Origin: Pelagomonas calceolata
Lineage: Eukaryota
Assembly: GCA_918797485.1 (NCBI GenBank)
Contig: CAKKNE010000004.1
Span: 4,712,001 to 4,776,000, forward strand
Reading direction: 5' to 3'
DNA length: 64,000 nucleotides
The translations under genes and the position numbers were made by a program. The notes under the pieces are model-generated. The model saw only the letters and a list, made by a program, of their open reading frames with translations, ran no database searches and had not been told where the DNA came from. This document shows positions 32,121 to 41,710 of this stretch, piece after piece. How positions within the stretch are numbered: the stretch's first letter is position 1; every line of letters starts with the position of its first letter.

Positions 32121-32925
32121 GTGCGCAATCGGCATCACGGACTCCGAGCTCGATGTTTCGGCGTTTACGGACGCTCGTCCCTGTGATAACTGAAGTGTAT
32201 CCCCATCTTAGTAGGAGTTCTCTCGAGAGAGCCGGCGCGGGCGCGTCTCGTCTGCAGCTCTTCGCCTCGCGAGCGTCGAAACGGCGTGGGGGCGGGCGCC
32301 GTCGACGATAACGCGCCTGTTCCACCACGGGCCGAGACTTCGTACGCCATCGACGCGACCGCGCGCCGTCGCGCCCGCGCGCGACAGAAAAGAAATCCAC
32401 AAACGTCCCAATCCGTAAGACACGATCGAGGCCAGCGTCGAGCCGGCTCGTAAAGTGTGCCACGCGACCAGCCAGTCACTTGATGACCGTGACACGCGCC
32501 ACGTCGCCGATCCTGCAGAAAAGGTCGATCCCCAGTAGTTCATTTGCAGCACACAGCGTCCGCTCACCGCGCAATTATCGCACGAGAGGTTGCCCGCTTG
32601 CGCGCGCGCACTCCTCGCAACCCCACCGCCCCGTCGGGGCAAAAAGCGCGGCGCGCGGCGGCCCTTTGTGCGGCGTGCGGCAGCCCCAGCCCCATCGCTG
32701 CAACAAAGCACCGGCGGGCGGGGGCGCGCCGCTGCCACATTGACTCGAGAGCGGCCGCGACGCCCCGCGCGAGCCCGTGCGAGCGCGCGCGCTGGTGCGC
32801 CGCGCCGCCTGCGAGCTTTGCGCGGGCGCCGAGCGCGACGCCCAACGAGAGACTCCGCCCGGCGCCGCCTCGACTCGCGCGACCCGTGTCTGACCTTCGC
32901 GCCCTCCGCAGACACACTATCTAAA

Positions 32926-33561
32926 ATGGCCAAGCTCGCTCTCGCTCTCCTCGCCGCCCCGGCCGTCGCCTTCGTGGCCCCCGGCCAGCAGGCCGCCTCC
33001 AAGGTCGTCGTCAAGGGCGACATCGGCGTCGACCCCGGGCCGATCGACCCCTCCGGCCCGTTCTGGGAGGACCAGGAGGGCCTCGCCCGCCGCCGCGCCG
33101 TCGAGATCAAGCACGGCCGCATCTCCATGATGGCGTTCCTCGGCATGATGGTCCAGGAGCTGGGCATCACCTTCCCGGGCTCCATCAACCTCGATGGCTC
33201 GGTGCAGTTCTCGGACATCCTCAAGGACGGCATGGGCTTCCCGGCGGTCGCCAACATCCCGACGTTCGGCCTCTTCCAGATCGTCGCCTTCGCCGGCTTC
33301 GCCGAGATCGGCGCCATGCCCGCGGCCCAGTACACGGGCGGCCCGCAGAACCTCCCGGGCGGCTACGACGGCTCGGTCGGCACCATCTCCGGCGGCTACC
33401 CGTTCACGACGCAGATCGAGGACGTCACGGCGCGCAACCGCGCCCTCACGTGCGAGCTCCAGAACGGCCGCGCGGCCATGCTCGGCACGTTCGGCGCCAT
33501 GTGCCACTCGTGCGTCGACTCGTGCGACCACCACTTCTTCTACCCGATCACGCACAACTAA
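32926..33561 (+). CDS. LHC protein, copy 3 of 3
   Basis: Near-identical tandem copy of 31485-32120 with one P>S change. Confidence 0.93.
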   Translation: MAKLALALLAAPAVAFVAPGQQAASKVVVKGDIGVDPGPIDPSGPFWEDQEGLARRRAVEIKHGRISMMAFLGMMVQELGITFPGSINLDGSVQFSDILKDGMGFPAVANIPTFGLFQIVAFAGFAEIGAMPAAQYTGGPQNLPGGYDGSVGTISGGYPFTTQIEDVTARNRALTCELQNGRAAMLGTFGAMCHSCVDSCDHHFFYPITHN

Positions 33562-34180
33562 GCGTGCTCGCAAAGAAGAACAAAGAAGCCCTAGACTCCG
33601 AGCTCGGTGGTTTTCCGCTTACGGACGCTCGTCTGTGTAAGGGCCTCACCAATATATAACTAGCACTATTCTCCGTTGACATTGCGTTGAGGCAACTAAT
33701 ACCTAGCGAGTCGACATACTAGCAAATTCAACGATACGCCTCAATGGCGTCAAAAGAACGACCAAAATTCAGATTACATCCTAGTCGTTCGCCGAGATCA
33801 AACATTTCAGAGTAGTGGCCCGGGAACATACCCTCGCGCCTCCCGGAAGGCACCGCCCGCGACATTCGCGGATGAGTCTTACGGGTTGCCAAAATACACC
33901 AGCGATTGACGGCGCCATCTACCGTCCAAATGGTGCATTATATCAACTCCAGCCCAGTTTTCATCCACAATCGACGGAACCGGAGCCGACGGCCCGCGCT
34001 CGGAGGGCGGAAGAAGAATTCTACTAGACAACTCTCGCGTTTATGTTCGTTTTTATCCGTTTGTTAGTGGTAGAGTCCATTTAGGCCGAATCAGCGACTA
34101 CTGAGCTATTTTAGATGACCCGTTGGAGCCGCGCGAAACGACGAATTCGCGCCCCGCGTTTATGTTGAAACCGCGCTCAG

Positions 34181-34625
34181 AACCTGAACCCGCGAGTATC
34201 AGCGACGCCACCACCCAGATGGACCATAACGCCGTTGTTCTATTCACGATCGACCGACTTGCTCGTTCTCCGCGGGCGACGGTGCGTACGCGGGGCACTG
34301 AATTGGCCCCAGACCGGTGGTTTATAAAATAAATTTGCGTTTCAGGTGATTCGGTTGCGGGACGGGCCAGATAACCGGCCTGAGCGTGTACTACATTGCT
34401 CCGAGACCCAAAGATGCTCGGCGCGGGTCGTCGGTCTCACGAGCCCACGATCTGGCTCAAATTGGCAAATTACTTAGACCTACGACCATCAGCCCGTGTA
34501 CCATCACCATGGACCATGGTGCGATCGTTTGTTTCATGGTCGACAGACTTACGCGAGGTCCAGATAAAGATGTTCACGTCCCGAGCGTGGGCAGCCAAAA
34601 GTACCCTTCTTATAATGTAGATGTC
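34181..34625 (+). repeat. Diverged direct repeat with a 290-bp offset in a lower-GC gene-free interval
   Basis: ATCAGC..ACC..ATGGACCAT..GTT..TTCA..TCGAC.GACTT is colinear in two copies whose ATGGACCAT cores are at 34219 and 34509. Confidence 0.6.
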
Positions 34626-35181
34626 ATATACTTGTAATTGACTATCGCTGGGGTAGTATGGGGTCCAACGAGACCGCTACGGCGACTACTGGGGGCCCTC
34701 GGGTAATTGACGTTTTTGACGGGAACGGGGCGCCATCGGGCCCAAATTGTTTACTTTTTTCGGGGGCTGATCGGCTCCTGGAGGTCTCTCGGGGTAGGTC
34801 CGGTGGTGGGTAGTCGCCTGTACCGCATACGCCATCGATGCGGCAGTCTATTGCTCTCGGGGAGCCCTGGAAGCGAGACCTCCGCTAAAGCTGCTAAAAC
34901 GCCGTGGGCTGCTGAGAGATATCGACCAAAAATGCTTGAAGCGGCGGCGCATGCGGTGTAGGCGCTTGCACGTGTATAGTACCGACCCTAGGTGACCCCA
35001 GGGACACCTCTTCGACGGGGATTGACAGGGTTCAGCCGGCGCGGCCGCCATAGAACGTAGGGCGCCCTCGGCCGCGAATAAAAAAAAAATCATGTTTGGC
35101 CCCCGGTACGTGTCCCATTGATCTCTTTGGACCAGTAGCGAACCGAGCGGTACTCAAACGGCTGCATGGCGTGTCGATTTG

Positions 35182-35205
35182 CTAGTGTCTTTACAAGCCG
35201 CTAGC
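35182..35205. promoter_or_regulatory. CTAG-N-CTAG upstream motif
   Basis: CTAGTGTCTTTACAAGCCGCTAGC, about 80 bp upstream of the ATG at 35283. Confidence 0.5.
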
Positions 35206-35282
35206 TGGCTTGGTTTTTTGCACGCAGGCTGCACGCTCTCGCAGCCTACGCGTGCATAACGCCATTCGTGCGTACTTCAGCA

Positions 35283-36593
35283 ATGCGACGAGCATTCCTG
35301 TGGAGGCTCAGCCTGTTTCTAGCAAGCACGGCTGCCACCAGCCTCTCGGCAACGCAACTCATCCAGAACCAAAACTGGCAAGGGGCCGCAGTGGTCCTGG
35401 AACGCGACATCAGCACGCAACGCGACGAGAACGTCCGAGCCCTGCAACGGACGTGCCTCGGCGAGTGCCGCGTCAAGCTCCACGACGACGCCGCCGCGCT
35501 GGACGCCTTTACCGGAGCGCTCGGCGACGACGCGAGCCTGGGCGCGGCGGCGCTGGGCCGGGGCCGGTGCCTCGCGCGGCTCGGACGTCTGACCGAGGCG
35601 TCCGAGGCGCTGCGGGCGGCCGCGTCGCTGGGCCTCGGCGACGCCGTCGTCGAGGCGGCGGCGTGCGACGTCCGCGGCGACGACCGCGCCCGCGCGGTCG
35701 CGTGGCTCGAGGAGACCGCGTCGCGCGACGACGCGCGGGCGCTGCTGGCGGTCCTGCGCGGCCGCCTCGAGGACCCGGCGCTCGCGGAGCGGTCGTTCCT
35801 GGCGCGCTACGCTTTTACTGGCAGTACAAACGCGCCGCGGCTCGAGCGCGTCGCGGCGAACGCGTGGTGCCTCCACCCGCGCGCCTGGGACGAGCTCGAC
35901 GACAAGGTATGTTTAAATGATGCGATCGCGGGCTCGGACGACGCGGCCCTCCGAGCCGCGTGGCCGCAAAGCCACGAGCTGCCTTCAGACCAACTCGACG
36001 GCGGCGCCTGGGTGGTCAAGCTGCGGCGGGGCTACGGCGGCGCCGGCGTCGTTCTCTACGACTCCGGTAAAGACGTGCCGCGCGACGCTCAAGGTCTGGC
36101 GCAGCGCTACGTGCCCGCGCAGCTCGAGGGCCGGGCCTGGTCCCTCCGCGCGTATCTGATCGTCCGAGCCGACGGCGTCTACCTGAGCAGGATCGGAGTC
36201 GTGCGGTTCGCGGTCGACGGGAGCATCGCGACGAACGCGGCGCGAGCGGTGCTCGCCAAGGGCGCGCCCGACGAGCGCGATTTCGCCTGGGCGCGGCGGC
36301 GGCTGGGAGCCCAGTGGGACGCGCGGACGTGGCCGCGCGTCCGCGACGCCGCCCGCGGTGTTGCAAGGCTCGCCCGGCGGGACGACGACGCTGCCTGGCC
36401 GGGCCCGATACCTCCAAAGATCGTGGGCCTGGACTTCGCCGTCGACGCGGCGGGCGATGCCTGGCTGCTCGAGGTGAACCGGACGCCGGGCCTCGTTGGA
36501 AGGGCGGAGGTCGACCGCGCGGTCAAGGACGCCGTCGTCGACGCGGCCTGGGGTTGTTCGAGCGCTGACATTTTGGAGGAGTTGTTGTTGTGA
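35283..36593 (+). CDS. TPR + tubulin-tyrosine-ligase-like ATP-grasp protein
   Basis: TPR-like helices, then LDDK, WVVK..GYGGAGV, QRYV, LRAYL, TN and GLDF..WLLEVNRTP. Confidence 0.75.
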   Translation: MRRAFLWRLSLFLASTAATSLSATQLIQNQNWQGAAVVLERDISTQRDENVRALQRTCLGECRVKLHDDAAALDAFTGALGDDASLGAAALGRGRCLARLGRLTEASEALRAAASLGLGDAVVEAAACDVRGDDRARAVAWLEETASRDDARALLAVLRGRLEDPALAERSFLARYAFTGSTNAPRLERVAANAWCLHPRAWDELDDKVCLNDAIAGSDDAALRAAWPQSHELPSDQLDGGAWVVKLRRGYGGAGVVLYDSGKDVPRDAQGLAQRYVPAQLEGRAWSLRAYLIVRADGVYLSRIGVVRFAVDGSIATNAARAVLAKGAPDERDFAWARRRLGAQWDARTWPRVRDAARGVARLARRDDDAAWPGPIPPKIVGLDFAVDAAGDAWLLEVNRTPGLVGRAEVDRAVKDAVVDAAWGCSSADILEELLL

Positions 36594-36750
36594 TCCTTCC
36601 TCTTTGGTCGTCCTCGCGCATTGGAGCCCCCGTCGTCGCAAACCGGCTTGAGGCACCGGCGCGCAGACGACTGTTGTTGTGATACCGTGACGTGACTCTC
36701 GTGACTAGTACGTAAGATAGGTACAATTTACACGAGGGAGGAGAGATCAC

Positions 36751-37116
36751 CTACCGCGCGAACTGCTCGAGGTCGACGTCGTACTTCTTCGCCGCCGTGT
36801 TGAGGCCGTACTTGGCGATCGTCTTGAGCGCGCGCGTCGAGAGGCGCATCTTGACGTACTTGTCGCCCTCGGGCCACCACAGGCGCCGGTCCTGGAGGTT
36901 CACCTGCTGCACTTTGTGGTTGCGCGTGTGCGAGAAGGTCACCGTCATGGCCTTCGCGTTGCGCCGCTTGCCCGTCAGGTCGCAGACGCGGAATTTCATC
37001 TCCGGCGCGGCGGCGGCGACCGGCGCGCGGGCGGGCGCCGGCAGCGCCGACCGCGACGTCGTGAAGGCCGTCGCCGAGGCGGCGAGCGCCAGCAGCGCGA
37101 CCGTTCGTCGGACCAT
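36751..37116 (-). CDS. rpl28: Nucleus-encoded plastid ribosomal protein bL28
   Basis: RVCDLTGKRRN..VTFSHTRNHKVQQVNLQ. ATAF presequence. Confidence 0.92.
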   Translation of the reverse strand: MVRRTVALLALAASATAFTTSRSALPAPARAPVAAAAPEMKFRVCDLTGKRRNAKAMTVTFSHTRNHKVQQVNLQDRRLWWPEGDKYVKMRLSTRALKTIAKYGLNTAAKKYDVDLEQFAR

Positions 37117-37691
37117 CTTGTCTCGCGGCGCTTGCGTCGGGCGAGCGGTCCTGCGCGGGGCTAAGCGTTTAGCGGTCTTTGAAGCACTGCGTTTAGCGGT
37201 CTTGGAACTAATCTTGGACGTCAGCTCTCGGACGCGCCGCTCGGTTGCAGCAGTCTGCAGTGAAGCACTCTCTGTCGCTGGTGAGCGGCGGCGGCGCGTC
37301 AGAGTTTCGGAGCTGTTCACTGCGGTCTCGCGCCGTCCTGCACTACGTGAATTCCTCCCAGACGCCGCAACTAACCTCACGTACGCGGCGCTCTTTAATC
37401 GCTTGCAGTCAGCGTTTGTCGCGTTTCATCAAGCGCGAGTCGCAGCCGCGAGCCGTCTGGAACGTCTCTCCAGACCTCTCTGCACCGCACGGGTAGGCAA
37501 TTGGGCGGCGTGGAAAACCCGTGCCAGCTAAAATGCGGCGCGCGGCCGGCGCTCGCATCGTGTCTCCTGAGCTGCAATCGCTGCAATGAAATGCATTGAG
37601 GAAGGCTACTCGATACGCATGCCTGCCTCATGTCGAAGATTTGATTTATAGTGCGCACAGAGACTCACCCTGGGGCTACCTGAGAGCTACA

Positions 37692-39659
37692 ATGCTCTCC
37701 CAACTCACGGCGACCTACCACGACCGCGGCTGGTGCAAGGTCGAGCGCTGCCTCGACGGCGCCACGGTCCAGAGCTTCGTCGACCAGTTGAAACGCGAGC
37801 TGCGAGCGCCGACCGTCCAGGGCGAGTCCGGCCACGACTATAGAGCCATCGATTTGGAGGAGAGCGCGACGTGGTTCCGCGGCACGGAGCGGAGGGTGGT
37901 GGAGGTCAACCCGCCGGGCGAGGGCGCCCACTGGTCTCGCATCGAGCGCGCGCCGCGGCTCGTGTGCGCGCTGGACGCGCTCCTCGGCACGTGGGAGCTG
38001 CCCCGGAACGATGCGGAGCGCACGCGCGAGTGGTACTGCCCCATCGTCTTCCCCGAGGACCCTCCTTGTCATACACTGACGCGACCCGCGTTGTCTGGCG
38101 AAGCGACGTGGCGCGACGGCTTCGGTGATGCGTGGACGAGTGAAGAAGACGAAAAACTACGCAAGGCGGCCCGAGCACGACCCGTCGACTGGAAGGGTAT
38201 CAGTAGCGAATTGAATCGACCGGTCAAGCACTGCCGCGAGCGCTGGGCGGCGATCAACCCCTGGGCGCCAGACGAAGATCAAACGCTGGCGGAGCTCCAC
38301 AAAACCCACGGCGACGCGTGGTCCCTGCTCACGAGCAAGCTCTCGGCGGCGGGCTTCGAGGCGCGGACGAAGAGGGCGGTCCGCGCAAGGTGCGCTCTCA
38401 AAGCGTCCCAGAAGACTATAAATGAGACGCCGACGCTATCAAATTGGCGGCCCGTGAACCGACGCCGCTGTTTAGATAGGGGCTTCCACGTCGATCCGGG
38501 CCCGGGCTTTCCCATGGAAGGTTTGAGAACTCTCAAAGGCGACCGCGCCCAGGGCGCTGTGGTGCTTGTGGTTTTGTCAGATTGGCCGTCAAACGGCGGC
38601 GGCACGTGCGTCGCGAACGGGAGCCATCGTTGGGTGCGAGAGAAACTAGGTGAGGGCCCGCTGCCGCATTCTGAGTTAAATAGGTGGGCCATCGCCGAGG
38701 TGGCTCGAAGGCGTGCTTCTCGAGAATTGCGCCTCGACTACGAGGAGGGTCACGGTGATGTCATCGAACAAATTTGTGCTAAGGCGGGCGACGTCATCCT
38801 GATGCACCCCTGGGCCGTGCACGGCGGGACGACGAACCTATCAACCATGCCGCGGCTCATGGCCAACGGCATGGCTCGCGTTTGTAATCCGGGCGACGGC
38901 GCGTTTCTGAAAAGGCCGGTGGGCGCGATGGACGAGGCCGCGTTTTTGCAGATGGCCGCACCGGTCGCCCCTCGTGTTGCCCTACGACCGGAGAGAAAAA
39001 GCGTCGCGTACGTGCACGTCCCCAAAACGGGCGGCTCGGCCGTCGAGGCGTGGCTGCGCGAGGCCTGGCCGCGGCGCATTACATTGTCGGGCCACCACAA
39101 ACTTACACTGAAGGACCACCAGAAGAACGGTGGGGTCGTGACGCTTATTACTCTCAGGGAGCCGCTCGAGCGCTTCGTGTCTACGCACGCGTACTGGGTC
39201 CACGGCGCCGCGGACGAGCCCTGGCACCGAAGATCTGATGATTGGGTGCCTTGCTTGGGTGGCACCACCACCGACTTCGACCTGCGGTCATTAACGGGCT
39301 TCGTGGCCGCGGCGCGCGCCGGCGCTATTGATCTGGAGGCCTGGGACGACTGGTTCGGCTGCGCTCCATTTAAGCGGCAAATGGACTGGCTCTCCGGTGG
39401 TGATGTGGCGCGGGCCGTCGTTATAAGGTACGCGTCCGACCCCGCCGTTTTTGCGGAGCGCGTGGGCGGCGCCGTGCGGATGGCGCTCGGCGAAGCTGGT
39501 GATGTTCCGCCGATGCGCGTCGTCAACGCGACGCGGCGGCGCGAGCACTGCGCGCTGGCTGATGATGATGCCGCGTGGGTCCGGGAGCGCTACGCGGCCG
39601 ACGCGGCGCTCTGGGATAGAGTGAATGTAGGCGATGGCGGGTTCCGGGCCGTGTTTTAA
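37692..39659 (+). CDS. PhyH-like 2OG-Fe(II) dioxygenase with inserted Myb-like repeats + C-terminal sulfotransferase
   Basis: PhyH motifs YHDRGW, FHVD, GGGT..GSH, AGDVILMHPWAVHGG..PR. Myb-like WTSEEDEKL..W..CRERW and PWAPDEDQTL. PAPS-binding HVPKTGGS and LREPLERFVS. Confidence 0.75.
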   Translation: MLSQLTATYHDRGWCKVERCLDGATVQSFVDQLKRELRAPTVQGESGHDYRAIDLEESATWFRGTERRVVEVNPPGEGAHWSRIERAPRLVCALDALLGTWELPRNDAERTREWYCPIVFPEDPPCHTLTRPALSGEATWRDGFGDAWTSEEDEKLRKAARARPVDWKGISSELNRPVKHCRERWAAINPWAPDEDQTLAELHKTHGDAWSLLTSKLSAAGFEARTKRAVRARCALKASQKTINETPTLSNWRPVNRRRCLDRGFHVDPGPGFPMEGLRTLKGDRAQGAVVLVVLSDWPSNGGGTCVANGSHRWVREKLGEGPLPHSELNRWAIAEVARRRASRELRLDYEEGHGDVIEQICAKAGDVILMHPWAVHGGTTNLSTMPRLMANGMARVCNPGDGAFLKRPVGAMDEAAFLQMAAPVAPRVALRPERKSVAYVHVPKTGGSAVEAWLREAWPRRITLSGHHKLTLKDHQKNGGVVTLITLREPLERFVSTHAYWVHGAADEPWHRRSDDWVPCLGGTTTDFDLRSLTGFVAAARAGAIDLEAWDDWFGCAPFKRQMDWLSGGDVARAVVIRYASDPAVFAERVGGAVRMALGEAGDVPPMRVVNATRRREHCALADDDAAWVRERYAADAALWDRVNVGDGGFRAVF

Positions 39660-39672
39660 CAATTGTTGTGAT

Positions 39673-41222
39673 TTAATCCTCGTCCGCCGAGTCGGGCGGC
39701 AGCAGCGCGGTTTCGCGCGCCAAGACGTCGCCCCAAAGGCCCCGCGAGTCCGCGGCCGCGGATGCGTCCGACCACTGCGCCGGCGCGAGCGCCCAGGACC
39801 CGCGCGAGACCTCGGCGAGCAGCTGGTCCGTCGACCAGACGGCGCAGCCGCTCCAGACGAGGGCCTCGAGCGCCCAGCCGGCCTCGCGGAAGAATCGCGC
39901 GCACCGCGCGACCAGGGGCACCGCGCCGACGAAGGCGCGTTTCGCGTCGTCTCCGTCACAACCGGGCCGCCACGGCACAACGTCGCCGACCTTGGCGCGG
40001 AGCGCGTCGTCATCTAGAACGTCGCGCGCGCCGTCGCTCCGCGTCGCGACCAACAAACCGAGCGGCTCGGAGCGGTGCACCGGGCCGCCGGAGAACACGG
40101 CCACGCGGCAGCCCATGCGCCGCAGCCGCTCGACGGCCTTGCGCGCGGCGCGCACGTCCGCCGGCGGCTCGTTCGACTCGCGGTCGGAGTCCGACTCGTC
40201 CTCCGACGACGACGCCGGCGGCGCGACGGCGGCGACGGCCGACCGGAGCCACGCGCGGCGCCGGGACGGCGCCGCCTCCTCATCAACCTCCCCGTCCTCG
40301 AGCGCCTCGCCGCCCACCAACCGACAGCGCCGCGTGACGCCGCAGGCCACGATCGCGTCCGAGCCGTCGGTCGCCGCGCCCTTGCCCACGTAGAGGATGA
40401 GGAACACGCCGCGGTGCCAGTGCCGCTGGGCCCGGGCGCGCAGCACGGCCACCATCAGCGACGCCATCGACGGCGGCCCGGGCAGCGCGTCGGCCACGCG
40501 CCGCGGCTGCTGATGGGCCGGCGCGCCGAGGGCCGCGCGGAAGCGCGCGACGAGCGACGACTGGCGCTGCGGCTGCTGTGGCTGTGGCGGCGGCGCCTCG
40601 TAGGACCTGTGCGGCAAGAAATCACTCCGCCACGCCGTCAAGCAGGCGTCGCGTCGATGGCGTGCGAGACGCGCCGCGACAATTTGATTTATGCGCTGCG
40701 TACGAACGGCCGCCGCGCGTCGACGGCGCGGCCGGCCTCCGCGGCCCAGCCGGCCGCCGCGTCCTCGACGCTCGGCGCGGGCGCGGGCGCCGGCGCCTCG
40801 GCGGCTTCGCGCGCGCGCGCGGCCGCGGCGTTCGCGTCCGTCGCCCAGGTGAGGATCGCGTCGTCGCCCTGCAGCGCCTCGGCCTCGGCCTCGGCCCGGC
40901 GCGGCGCCTGGGCGATGAGCCCGCCGGCCGACTGCAGGAGGGCCCGCAGCGCGGCCGCGTGCGCGACGTCGCGCGCCGCCGGCCGGTAGCGCGGCGCCGT
41001 CTTCACGGCGCGCGCGAAGAACTCGCGCTCGGCCCGCGGCGGTGGTTTGGTGGTCCACTTCGCGTTGCACACGTTGCAGCGCCGCCGGGCGCCCGGAAAG
41101 CGGCCGCGCCGCCACTCCGCGAGGCATTCCTGGTGCACGAACTTGTGCGAGCCGTCGCAGTTGCAGGGGGCGATGAGCTGGTCTTCGTCCGCATCTTCGA
41201 GGCAGAAGCGGCACTGGGGCAT
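39673..41222 (-). CDS. RING-CH (MARCH-type) zinc finger + DUF179-like C-terminal domain; exons 41222-40708, 40606-39673
   Basis: CRFC..LIAPCNCDGSHKFVHQECLAEW..CNVC. VFSGGPV and W..DQLLAEVSRGSW. Spliced length 1449 nt in frame. Confidence 0.75.
40607..40707 (-). mobile_element. Introner-type intron (GT-AG); element 40607-40698
   Basis: Shares the 22-mer AGCAGGCGTCGCGTCGATGGCG and the subterminal AAATCAAATT(G)TCGCGGCGC with the 9034 element. TSD-like gttcgtacg/gtcctacg. Confidence 0.8.
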
Positions 41223-41710
41223 CGTGGTGCTCTCCTGTCCAGGTGGGGCTCTCCCTGGCACTTGTCAGAGCCAGGCGGTCTTCGAAACTGCCAGGCACGA
41301 CGACGACGACTTCTAAACTGTCCAGTTCTCTACCTTCGGGCGCAGGACTGACGCGCGGGCAGTCGGCTAATGCTCTGCGCTGCAGCAGAGGCAGAGGTTT
41401 TGCCAGGCAGCGCTAGTGGTGTAACGCATGCAAACCCGTACAAGAAGGCGTCTCTAGACCCTATTCCCCCATGAAGAGTCGTATCGATTTGCTAGTGTAT
41501 CAGACGTACTAGAGATTTTGTCGACGCGGACTTGCTGGACCAAAACGCCCGTGTATGCACGCCGGCGTGCATCAAAGCTGTGCAAAAAAGGAAGTCTTAT
41601 ACTGCTGCCGCAGTGCCACGCGGCCGCGAGAATTCGTGCGGCCTCACGCAGCACAATCACACAAGGCACTCGCAGCAAGCTAGCACTGCAAGCAGCGCAT
41701 CGATTCACAA

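Noticed and set aside
32590..32925. N-terminal extension on LHC copy 3 (323-aa ORF)
   Set aside because: Absent from the other two copies. The region ends in a branch-site/CGCAG acceptor-like sequence and is probably a 5'-UTR intron.
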